Part shown: positions 23,701-35,040 of the stretch, piece by piece
Numbering within the stretch: position 1 is the first letter of the stretch
How the letters are laid out: every line of letters begins with the position of its first letter
DNA from: Octopus bimaculoides
Taxonomy: Eukaryota
Assembly: GCF_001194135.2 (NCBI RefSeq)
Contig: NC_069000.1
Coordinates: forward strand, 586,301 to 650,300
Length of the DNA: 64,000 nt
Direction: 5' to 3'
Program-made: the position numbers and the translations under genes
Notes under the pieces: model-generated
What the model was told of the DNA's origin: nothing
Seen by the model: the letters and a program-made list of their open reading frames with translations, nothing else
The model's database searches: none

Positions 23701-24255
23701 TTAAATAATAATAATTTCTGACTTAGATAGAAGACGACGAATTGTGGATAGGAAGAACCAGTTAAATCAACTCAGTGATTTAACTGGCACTTATTTGATC
23801 AATTCCAGAACAATCAAAGACAAAGTTGACAAAAGAGGAATTTGAATTCAATAATAATAATCTTGGCTATATCATTCCAGAATTTTGAAATATCATTATC
23901 ACTTTGTCAGTTTTTCTGTGCTGACAAGGCAGAGAAAAAACACCTTGCTCCAAAGTATCAGTTTTGGTAGGACTTCAATGGCTGGACGTCTATCTTAACG
24001 CTTACCACTTTACAGAGGCTATTAGGTACATTTTTTTCATGGCACTAGAGTATTATAGAACCTATCTTCCTCTCAGCAAAACCAAAGAGCCTGCTCAAGA
24101 CCTGCATTATTGCTGCTTGATATAATGCATCATTAACCAGTGGGTGTGTTTATTGCAGAAGCAGTCCTGATAGATTCGTTTTGTCGCTCATAAGGCAAAA
24201 GGAGAGTGCTGCCAACACTGAAAGAGTCAATCAAGTCAATCAAGTGGAAAAATAT

Positions 24256-24286
<31 letters not shown>

Positions 24287-25909
24287 CAACAATAAAACAT
24301 AACAGTGAGTATAATAAAATAAAAATAAAAATGAGAGGAACAGCTTTTTACATAGGCCCAAGGCCTCTGATTTATAGAATAGACTGAAATGGGAAGTTGC
24401 ATCATTCATTCCCACTTTTCTGGGAACGTATAAAGGTAACAGTTTTGTCTAGGTGAAGGTTATAATATTTTTCGTTTTCTTTACATGGGCACAAAACTTT
24501 GTGAGTGTGTGATGGGAGAGGAATAGAGAAGTGGTGACATTCATACTTTCTCACAAAGGAAATTTTGGCAATGCAAGTGAAAAATTACAATTATGAACAC
24601 TGATGAAAATTACAGGGAAAAAAATGACATTAAAAAAAAATAATAATGATAAGCGAAGATGTTGGAACATTACAAAGATGGTATGATGATTATACAAGTT
24701 GATGAGGAACTGGTCAGATTGCAAGAGTCTTTGAGAAATAGAAGGGGGGAAGGAAGAAAATAACACCCTCCTCACCCACAAAAAATTTAGTAGGGAAACT
24801 CAGATATGAGACTGAAAATTTTGGTTCATTTTATACAATGTCTTTCAGATTAAGTTTTTTTTTTTTTTAGGAGGTATTTATGTAGAGTAGGGGATACACC
24901 CCTCCCCATCTATTTATAGATTATAACATCTCACTAGCACCAAGCCATAAACCCAAATTACACCTCATTCAACTGTTTGCTCATCCCACTGTTTCAAATA
25001 CTCCCACAGGTGAAAATGATAAAAAAAAAAAAGTTTAAAAATAAACAGGATTGGAGCAGATTTGGGATATTTTAAGGTTTCAAATTTGACAAGCAAAGAA
25101 AAAAAAAGTTATAAATATTTTTTTTTTGTTGTTTTTTTGTTTTCTGATCAACTCTAATTGAAATTGCAACCAAGTCTTGGATTCTCATTTGCAGCCATTT
25201 CTCTTCACTTACACCACTAATGATCTCTGGTCTGGAAAGCCATAAATGTCACAACATCCTATTTTCTCATTCCCCAAACATTATTAGGTCAAATGGCAAT
25301 ATTTTATCAATTCTACACCCCCTTTTAAGTTCAGTTTTAGAAATTTGGGTTTTTGAACAATTTTTCCCCCCCAGTTCAAATTATCTTTTTTTTTTTTTAA
25401 ATTCAATTCCAGGTTTGTTTTATATACTTGGTAAGAACATTTTTTTAATAACTTGAATTTAATGTTTCAATTTTTTTTTCTTTTTTTCAAAATTAAACTG
25501 ATATAAACTTCAAATTTTCTTATCACAAAAAAAAAACTGGCTTTAGATTATGGTAACATTAATTGCAACAGTTTGACATTTAAAACTGATAAATAAAATT
25601 AAAATAAAGATACATTGTAATTCCTATCTCTGGTAAAAGGAACACACAAAGCAAGGAGAAAGTGACAGAGTGAATCATCAGATTGTGTGTGTGTGTATAT
25701 ACATACATATATACATATATGGACACACACACACACACATGACGATGACGATGACGATGATGATAATGATGGTGGTGGTGGTGAACCAAATGCTGGCCCA
25801 TTTTGTTTTCTTGCTCTCACAATAAGATATGATTGATTAAACTTTTGTGTCCAATTCAGAGAAAGAGTGAATTTCTCTAGTAATAATAATAATAATAATA
25901 ATAATCCTA

Positions 25910-28421
25910 ATAATCTCTACACAGGCACAAGGCTACACCTCTTGAGGTAGGGAGGGAACAGTTAATTAAACTGTATTTGACTAGTACATATTATCGATCC
26001 CAGAAAGATGACAAAGTCAACTCTGATGTGATTTGAACTCAGATTGTAAAGGAATGCAAACACTGCAACGTCTTAAATGTTTAGCACAAACTCTCATCTT
26101 TATGACAAGAATTTCTCACATTGGCACAATGCTATACATGTTGGCAGAAAGGGAGTGGGGTTTATTGTCAAGTGAATCAACCTCAGTACATGACTGGTAT
26201 TTACTTTGACCATTCCATTTAATCAATGGGGGGGGGGGAAGGATTTGAACCCAGAATGTAGCGACACAAATTAAATATATTGTCCAATAGCTCACCTTTT
26301 CTGGCACTCCAACACCAATGACTCACAGAAGAAAAGAATTTCTTTTGGTTTCACCCAAAATTTGAGCCCTTGTGCCATTGCTACACATCATCATCATATT
26401 TCGGAAGAACCCCATTAAACCCTTTAAATACACCCAGCAGTTGTTGTTTACTTGCTTTTAGCCATGTTCCTAAAATTCTTCATCAAACTTTCCCCATGAC
26501 CTTTTTTCACTCAGGTCACATAAAACAAAAATGTCACCTGAGACTTTTGGAATATGAATAAAAACAAAAAGTTGACAGCAATTAGTGTGTTTATAGGCTT
26601 TAATATGATTCTTCCAAAATATAACAACAAAATTCTGATGATAATTTGTAATGACGACATGAGGTCTCCCATTTCGAGGTGGAGTTGGGGGATACAATTG
26701 ATTTAATGCCAGTGCTTGGATGGTTCTTATTTTATCGATCCCAGGAGGATAGGAAGCAAAGTTGGGCTCAACAGAATCTGAACCAAACAAAATACCACAA
26801 GTTACTGTTTGGTGCTCTACCAACTCTGCCAATAAAAAGAAATTTATAATAGAGGCACAAGTCCGGAGGGGAGGGGGGAGTGACGGGAAGGGTAGATGTA
26901 GCCAATTTAATCAACTTCAATACTTTACAAGTTCTAAATTTTATCAACCATGTCAGGATAGAAAGCAAACATACCAGATTTAATAATTCTGTTCATTGAG
27001 CACCTTGGTGGCCCATTCCTAAAGAATGGGCTTCATTGAGAGAATCAACACCCAGTATTATATACAGGAACTCGTTTTAATCATCAGCACCCACCGAACC
27101 ATGGAAGGCCAAATGATCCTCAATGGGACCTTTTATATTCAGAGTCAAGACTGAATATCGCAGAGTATTTTTTGAGTAAAGTTTAGGCTGTGAGGAAATG
27201 AGTGACGGGTGGGCTGCTGCTGGGTTGATGCGTTTTGAGGAGAAACAGTTTAAAAAGGGAGTCAAGTGGTTTCTTGTGAAAAAGAGACGGAGAATGTCTA
27301 CTAATGGTACCAAATCTATGGTTTTCGGATTTAGAAAGAAGGCCAGCAATGTTGAGGGGAGGGATTTAGTCAATATCACTGATCCCAGTACTTGTCTGGT
27401 GGAAGCTAAGCTCAGTAGGATTTGAACTCAGAATTTAAAGAACCAGAAGAAAATCACAAAGCATTATGTCTGATATTCCACCCAATTCTACGAATCCACT
27501 GCCCCAGTTACTGAATAAGCATGAAGTTTTTAGTCTGGCTTTTAGTGATTATTTCTAGCACAATGAGTAAGCTAGTCTCTGTTGGTTTTAAAGGTGAGTG
27601 ACCAGTTGTTTGACCAACTGACCTCTCCAAATCACTGAATGTACAAGTGGCTGAATATTCGACAGACCCTTGTACTCTCATTATCTAATGATTCACTGTT
27701 TGTTTTAAAAGATGAGTATGGTGAGATTTGAGGAAGAATTGGCTGCTATTTTTACAAGTTGATGTTACCTCATCTAATAAAGTCATTCTTAGTAGAGACT
27801 AATTGCCATTATGGCATTCTGTCAATTTATCATCACTGTGACCACCACCACTAAATATGTGGAATTTCTTATGTGAACCATGAAACATACAATTTATAAG
27901 GGATGTAAAGTATGTTGGGCGAGGGGAAAGGGGGCACTGCTGAGTAAAATGCTGTTTTTTGGCCCCAAGTTAATTCTGATCAAAGTCATTCTAGCCACCA
28001 TTCTGTCTTTTATACATTATCCATTGTTCTTCCCATTTTTAAAGTTTGAAGGGGATTTGCCTTCCATTTCTAGCAGGTCAAGCAATCATTAATGCCTATC
28101 TTTTGACTATGACATGAGCAATGTGGGGAACCAAAAGCAGAAACACAGATTTAGTTGTGTGAAAGAAGTTACTGCTACATGTTAGCAAAACACTCGAGTC
28201 CTGATTGCTTGCATTTGGTAAAAGTTCAGTTTAGGAAAGCATTAAACTGATTATCAATGCTGACCAAATCCAACCCAACCCATTCACCTATACATCCATC
28301 CAGACCCTGGAAGGATGAAAGGCAATGTCAACTCTGGAGGGATATGATCTTTGAATCAACAGGGGTAAAACTAAATGTTATAATGTTTTATAATTTATGG
28401 CACTACTATTTCCAACCATCC

Positions 28422-28454
<33 letters not shown>

Positions 28455-28659
28455 AATGTTGGCACAAGGCCAGCAAATTTGTGGGGAGGGGGTCAAGTCG
28501 AGTCCATCGACCCCAGTGTTCAGACTGGTGCTTATTTTATCGACCTTGAAAGGATGAAAGGCAAAGTTAACCTCAGTGGAATCTGAACTCAGAATGTGAA
28601 GATGGACAAAATGCTGCAAAGCATTTGTTCTGGCCAACAATTCTGCCAGTTCGCTGCCT

Positions 28660-28665
<6 letters not shown>
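25910..28665 (-). mobile_element. Cluster of at least seven SINE family A copies or fragments, all minus-oriented
   Basis: AAGGATGAAAGGCAAAG / GATTTGAACTCAGA cores at about 25910-26080, 26110-26280, 26640-26800, 26850-26960, 27340-27510, 28270-28370 and 28450-28665; (AAT)n tails at 25880, 28420 and 28665. Confidence 0.75.
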
Positions 28666-28725
<60 letters not shown>

Positions 28726-29114
28726 GGAAGAAGACAAAGAAAAATGGTGATAGTAGTGATAATGATAAAGAGAGGTTTACTTGGCATCATTATAATTGGT
28801 TTTAAGAAAAAAAATGGAAAGAACTTAAAAAAAAATACTAATAATTATTATTATTATTATTATTATTCATAATAATAATAATAATGATAATAGCAATCTA
28901 CAGTGTTTCTAATTTCATCAAAAGTTTAATACAAACAAACAGCAGCTTCTAACCTAGTTTGCTTGTGTATGTATATGTATACATACATACATGTATATAC
29001 ACGAGTGTGTGTATATATCACACATGATAAATATGTATACACACACAGACACTCACACTCACACTGAGTGTGTGAGTGTAGTTATTTATGAGTGAATGGT
29101 GATTTCTTCATGAT

Positions 29115-30725
29115 TCAGAAAGTTGTGCCTGTGATGCCATCTTCACGAATATCTTCAGCAATATCTTCACCACTCACGCCCCATAATGATTCAGCAACAT
29201 CTCGGAATATCTTCACCATCTCACTACGTGGTATGGCCTTCTTCACGGTTGGCTGGTTCCCACAATGTTTGCTGCTGTTGCTATTATTGTTGTTGCTACT
29301 GCTGCTGCAGTTGTTGTTGATATTGCTGCTGCTGCTGCTGCTGTTGTTGAGATTGATATTGTTATTGCAAGTGATGATGTTGTTGTTGTTGGTGTTCATA
29401 GCAGTTCCGCTGCCACTGTTTCTTCTGAAAGTCTTTTCATTTGCCGACAGGGATGCCATCACTTCGGACACCGTGTGGTTTGGAGAGACGTGCTGCATTG
29501 GATCCTTATCAATGATCATGTGTTTGTTGTTCTTGTGGGAGTAGGTCGGCTGCAGGTCGGGTGAGGAGCGGATGCCAGAATGTTGTGGCTGTGATTGTTG
29601 CATGTGGTAATGGTTGTGGTTGTGTGCAGCAATCGTGTTCGTCGTGGATAGCTGGTGGTGTTGCTGTGGTGATGGGGAATGCGACGGAGAGACGGACGAC
29701 GATGACGATGCTGGGGAGTTCTCGTTCATGTGATGGATATTGTTGCCGGGAGACATAAACAGCCTGCCCATAGCAGCAGCATCTAATTCGGCAGAGTGAG
29801 TTGCCATGTGAGCCGAGAGCAGTGAGGACTGAGGGAACGACCTGTGGCACAGGTAACAGGTGAAAGGTTTCTGCCCAGAGTGCACAGTCATATGTAACGC
29901 CAAATTAGAAGAATTGGTAAAAGCCTTTCCGCAAACTTTACATATAAAAATTTTATCTCCACAATGTGTTCTCATGTGAGTTGCAAGGTGGGCCGACTGG
30001 GAGAAGGTTTTATCACAAACATCACACCGGAATGGTTTCTCACCTGAATGTGTCCGCAAATGCATAGACAAATTGGAAGAGATGGAAAAAGATTTATAAC
30101 AAATGTCGCACTTGAATGGCTTTTCCCCAGAATGAATTCTAACATGGCGTGACAATGCTGAAGAATCTGAAAAGGCCTTGTAGCACTCTGGGCATTGATA
30201 AGGTTTCTCTCCAGAATGGATACGCTTGTGGGTGGCAAGGTTTGACAGTTGGGTAAACGACTTGTCGCAGACATTGCAAGAAAACGGCTTCTCGCCCGAA
30301 TGAACACGCATATGAATAGCAAGATCTGAAGAACGTGAAAAAGTCTTATCACAAAGGTGACAGGTGAGCACTTTCTTGCCCAAGTGCTGCATTTGTACAT
30401 GCTCTGCAAGAGTGCACTGGTCGTGAAATATCTCTTGGCAGTAAATGCATTTCAAATTGAGAACATGCGAAGGAGAAGTCGACAGGTTCAATAGAGAGGT
30501 CTTTTTTGATATGTTATTCTGCTGTTGCTGCTGATGCTGTTGATGTTGCTGTTGTCGTTGCTGCAGTTGTTGCTGCTGATGCTGCTGTTGCTGGTGGTGT
30601 TGTTGCTGTTGTTGCTGTTGCGAACAAGCCCTGAAGAAAGCTTCTCTGGCATGGTGAGCTTCATGAAGCATCAAATCCGACTTTTGGTTAAAAATCTTTG
30701 AACAAAAGTTACATTTGAAACCCAT
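29115..30725 (-). CDS. C2H2 zinc-finger transcription factor, 536 aa, 9 fingers (2 isolated, 7 tandem), poly-Q and poly-N/S tracts
   Basis: Intact ORF with a good start context (AGGATGG). Nine Cx2Cx12Hx3-4H fingers, e.g. CHLCDKTFSRSSDLAIHMRVH, joined by SGEKP-type linkers. Orthology not recognised. Confidence 0.95.
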   Translation of the reverse strand: MGFKCNFCSKIFNQKSDLMLHEAHHAREAFFRACSQQQQQQQHHQQQQHQQQQLQQRQQQHQQHQQQQQNNISKKTSLLNLSTSPSHVLNLKCIYCQEIFHDQCTLAEHVQMQHLGKKVLTCHLCDKTFSRSSDLAIHMRVHSGEKPFSCNVCDKSFTQLSNLATHKRIHSGEKPYQCPECYKAFSDSSALSRHVRIHSGEKPFKCDICYKSFSISSNLSMHLRTHSGEKPFRCDVCDKTFSQSAHLATHMRTHCGDKIFICKVCGKAFTNSSNLALHMTVHSGQKPFTCYLCHRSFPQSSLLSAHMATHSAELDAAAMGRLFMSPGNNIHHMNENSPASSSSSVSPSHSPSPQQHHQLSTTNTIAAHNHNHYHMQQSQPQHSGIRSSPDLQPTYSHKNNKHMIIDKDPMQHVSPNHTVSEVMASLSANEKTFRRNSGSGTAMNTNNNNIITCNNNINLNNSSSSSSNINNNCSSSSNNNNSNSSKHCGNQPTVKKAIPRSEMVKIFRDVAESLWGVSGEDIAEDIREDGITGTTF

Positions 30726-30999
30726 CCTTCAAAGTCTTAGACACAACAGTTTAAAACAGACAATCAATCTTTAGATAAACACACCAGAGTCTAAGTCAGA
30801 CACAACCGTCTTAACTAGACACAGAGCTTTGAAGAGACCCACTCTCTTTATTCTTGAAGATTCATAGGGAAAAAAAAAAAAGAAGTTATTCCCCAAAATC
30901 AAAAAAAAAAAAAAATTGGGGGAAGGAATGTTAGAACTGATAATTTTAAGAATTTAAAGTTTGAATATTCCACAAGACGTCAGCAAATGTTGACAGCAC
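30726..30999 (-). other. 5'UTR part of the ZNF coding exon, with splice acceptor at 31000
   Basis: Minus strand reads tttttttctttctattccag|GTGCTG, a strong polypyrimidine-AG acceptor. It implies at least one upstream non-coding exon. A short uORF (MNLQE*) lies at 30848-30865. Confidence 0.7.
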
Positions 31000-32119
31000 C
31001 TGGAATAGAAAGAAAAAAAGAGAAATATTAGAGAAAAATCTCTTACTTATTCAATCAGAAATAGAAATGAAATCAATTTAAAACTGACTCTTTCTGTATA
31101 TCTTCATCTGATAACCAGTCCTACTTCATTTTGTCTGTTAAAATTTTGTTTAACTTTTGGTCAATTATAATGAAAGGTGTCAAGCTTTAACCAGTCTGCC
31201 ATTTACCAGACATGTTGTAGATCTAATGATGCCTAGCCTTTTTTCAGCAGATTTGGCTGTTATTTCTTGCAAGTCAGCAACAGGCTCATCCTAAGTGAAA
31301 CTAATTTGGAAAGATATATATATTTTCCCTTATATATCCTACCTTCGTTATAAAAGTTAACGATAAGAAATTCCAGAAGCTATCAAATCAATTTCTTATA
31401 ATGATTTAGAGGAGACAGGGTAGCAGCCATAACATTGTCCAGGGTCTGAGACTGGGGAAGGAAGTTATCTGGGGACTAAAGTCATGGCCTTCATACTAAT
31501 ACAGGTTGTCTCTGCTGACCAAGACTTAAACCTGGGCAGAAGATTAAATCTACCAAACAAGAACAGACAATTTCCACTCAGATCAACCCAGATAGAAAAC
31601 ATGTACTGAACGGGTAATGCAGCAGGATTGAACAGAAAGCCATATGCAGCTACTACAAAGCCAACTTCTTAAACTACACAACCACACCAGTCTCAATCAG
31701 TAGCAAAGACTGTGTATGTGCAATCCATTTCTCAAGCGAGTCAGCTTGAGAAAGCCACTTCTTTGCAAAGCTACAGCCATATTGATAGAACTAATACGAC
31801 TTGAGTGGATTGTATGTTTATAGACTTACAACTCCACTGGTTTGGGGTTCCAATTCACTACAGCTGCTTCGTTGTACATTGGAGCTGTTCACATCCTGTC
31901 ACTATCACAGTGTTCTGCCTAGGGGTAAGGCAGTTACTATAGCAACAGGAGTCACCAGTAGGACTCCTACTCCAACAATATCCATATATATTTCTACAAA
32001 ACTGGTGATTCTTAACCACTACACAGAATTCCTCACTGTTAACATCTTAGGCAACAAATTTTTTTGAGTGTCTTCAGAAAAATGACATCAAGCAATCTTG
32101 CAAGTTATGTGGTGACCTT

Positions 32120-32305
32120 ACCACTGCCATGTAAAAGGTACCCAGTCCACTCTGTAAAGTGGTTGGTGTTGAAAAGGTCATCCAGCTATAAAAACCATAC
32201 AAAAGTAGAGGGTGGGACTTGATGCAGTCCTCTGGCTAATCAGCTCCAGTCAAAACTGTCCAACCCTTCACATCAGTCTGTTAAAACAGACATTAAATGA
32301 TGATG
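32120..32305 (+). mobile_element. SINE family B copy
   Basis: GTAAAAGGTACCCAGTCCACTCTGTAAAGTGGTTGG...CAGACATTAAATGATGATG. Confidence 0.7.
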
Positions 32306-33399
32306 AATAAACTGAGCAGTGACAGAATGATGGGAAAGCTTCATACAATATACGACAAGTATTGAGTAGTCTTTCTCTCAATTGTTAAACCAAAAATGTG
32401 TGTGTGTGTGTGTGTATGTTAAGCTACGCACACACACACACACACACACAAGACATAACTGTGCCGGTTAAGAAGTTCAGTTTTCACTTCAAAACACGCT
32501 TTCATTTGTGATCTTGCTGCATGGCATCATGACCAAGTCTCTTTTACTCTGGTGTTAGGCTGACCAATGCCTTGATAGTGAAATTTAGATGAAAAGTGAA
32601 CGGAAGCCAGTCATGTGTTTGTGCCCAGTACCAAATTCTTAGGATTCCAACCTAAAAGAGGGGAAAAAAATCCCCGAAAACCTATCACTAATAGGCAATG
32701 AGTGATCTCCTATATGACTGCTTAACCTGCTAGAAATAGCAGGCAAATCTCCCTTAAATTGAATCCTCATCATCATAGCCAATGTATTTATGCTCCCACT
32801 TTTGAACTGGATCACAGAAATATGTTGTCACTTAAACCCTAGGCTGATCCTGACTCAGCAAACCTTGATCAAAAGCATCCTGTTTTTATTAGTTTTATAA
32901 TAAGATTCCAATGAAGTCTCCCACTGAGACTGGTATAGTGCGATTTGAAGCCCATATATTTAGCTACTGTTTCTAGCAAGCTGAGTGACCACACTGAAGC
33001 TAACTCGTTAGGGGGAAGAGAATTAAGTGCCTTTGTTAGGGAACAGACAGAGTACAGTAACTGGCGACTGGATACAAATCAACAGCTCTTCAGTTGGTAA
33101 GACCAAATCCTGACAAAGAAACCAGTCAACTGTGACACTAAATAAATGAATAATGGATTAAACAAAAAAAAACAAAAAAAAAAATTACTGGATATTAAAA
33201 AGTATATATTTAAAAAAATATAAAAATCTCAGTTAATGCATTGCATTCACTTTACAGCCTTGTAGTGTGAAGATGGCCACTATGGAAGCAGCTATGAATA
33301 AATGATGCTATGCTTCATCAAATCTATTTATAAATACAACTCTCAGAGGCAATTCACAGCAAGGGGTGGGATGCAAGGATTGTGCTGATAACTAGAGTT

Positions 33400-33630
33400 G
33401 TTTTGATTTGGCTCAGCCCTGATACAGCAAACCTATGATCAGAGGCATTCTAACCATGACCGCCCAGCCTGTATATGAGGTGTTTAAGACTACATTATCT
33501 AATTTCTCCTTTTCCTCTCTTCTCCAGACAATGTACCGTTTTAAGATATGGGAGTGTGATTCTAAAGGAAATTTGGCTGCTACTTTTAGCAAATTGATCA
33601 GCCATGTAGAAGCTCCCTCACTGGAACATT
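33400..33630 (+). repeat. Representative of unclassified interspersed repeat family C (more than 15 fragments in the window)
   Basis: AGCCCTGAT..CAGACCTATGATCA.AGGCATTC...ACTACATTATC...GATTTGGCTGCTATTTCTAGC. The motif recurs near 3240, 8510, 14850, 18090, 28060, 31250, 32720, 34210, 36650, 37480, 40060, 42310, 43700 and 47160. Confidence 0.75.
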
Positions 33631-33796
33631 AATGTTATCATCGTTATATTTTATAGTATACTAAACTATTGAATACTGTGAGATAAATGATATCAAAGCA
33701 GTTTATGATTTACTCTAGTCTGTGAGGGAAACAGAAGTCACCTTGACACACACAACTAATGATATCATTAAACATGCCATCGTTAATATATCGTGG

Positions 33797-33826
33797 TTAG
33801 GGTGAGGGTTAGGGTTAGGGTGAGGG
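33797..33826 (+). repeat. Short interstitial telomere-like array
   Basis: TTAGGG TGAGGG TTAGGG TTAGGG TGAGGG. Confidence 0.7.
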
Positions 33827-34824
33827 TTTAATGTTTAGAAGAAATACATGGCCAGCACAAGCATTAATATTTATGACAGGAAAGAAACATAACTGGAAAA
33901 AAAAAACAAAAACAAATAAGGACATTATATCCACACACACACACAGTGTGTGTGTGTGTGTGTGTGTGACTGTAAGGTTAAGAGCTGTGCTTAGCAGTAA
34001 CCCCACAATTCAAGATTCAGGCTCACTCCCTGGCCTCTTGGGGTGTCTTCTATTATAAGTCTTGGAGTCACCAATACATTGTGAGTGGAATTTGGCAAAC
34101 AGAAATTATGTAGAGGCCCATCATATATGTGTGTATGAATAGTGTACCTAGGACTACACTGTCCAATGTTTCCCAATTTAATTCAGTAGAATATGTCTCA
34201 TATGGAAGAACTCTGGCTGCTATTTTCTAGCAAGCTGCAGAAATAAGACTTTCTTGCTCAGCCTGCTAGAAATAGCATCCAAATTTCCCACCCTACCATC
34301 TTAAAAAGGAAGGATGAATTTGAACAAACAAAAAAATGGTGAAATGGCTTTTAAGCAAGGTCCTCCTTTAATGATAACCACTGTTCACTCCTGGGGGCCT
34401 CAGATGATTGGAATCTGCGATTGCCATGCTTTGTGATCACATTTTCTAGAGAATCACTTGCTTAGCCCCAGCTCGGTCCCCACTGAGTAGACCTATTATC
34501 AAAGACAGTTCAGCCAGAATCATTCCATCCAATGTGAGTGTCCTTCTGCTAAATGTAAGTAGAATGTAATTTTAAAGAGATTTAGTTACTATTTCTAGCA
34601 AATCAACTAACCATGTAATGGACATTAGTTGAACTGACTACATGTGAAAGAAATACAACTAGAAACTTGAAGCTTCTTTTTTTTCCTTCTTTTAGCAAAC
34701 CGGTTCACCTGGAGTTCTCCAAACTCTGTAGGGGTGAATTTAAATATTTACTGTATTATTAACAACTATTTAGAAACTTATGAATGTGTGTGCATGTGTA
34801 TCATCATCATCATCATCATCATTG

Positions 34825-35040
34825 AAAGCAGCAAGCTGGCAGAATCATTAGCATGCCGACATAAATGCTTAACAGCATTTCATCTGTCATTATGTTCTGA
34901 GTTCAAATTCCATGAAGGTCAACTTCACCTTTCATCCTTTAGGGATTGATAAAATAAGTACCAGTTGAACACTGGGGGTGATGTAATCGACTTTCCCCCT
35001 TCCCTAAAATTTCAGACCTTGTGCCTACAATAGAAAGGAT
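34825..35040 (+). mobile_element. SINE family A, near full length
   Basis: GCAAGCTGGCAGAATC...GAGTTCAAATTCC...GTCAACTTCACCTTTCATCC...AAAATAAGTACCAGTTG...GTGCCTACAATAGAAAGGAT. Confidence 0.85.

Noticed and set aside
29092-29544. 150-aa plus-strand ORF with a poly-Leu stretch, and other ORFs overlapping the ZNF CDS
   Set aside because: Antisense or alternate-frame read-through of the low-complexity N/S/Q codons; no independent evidence.
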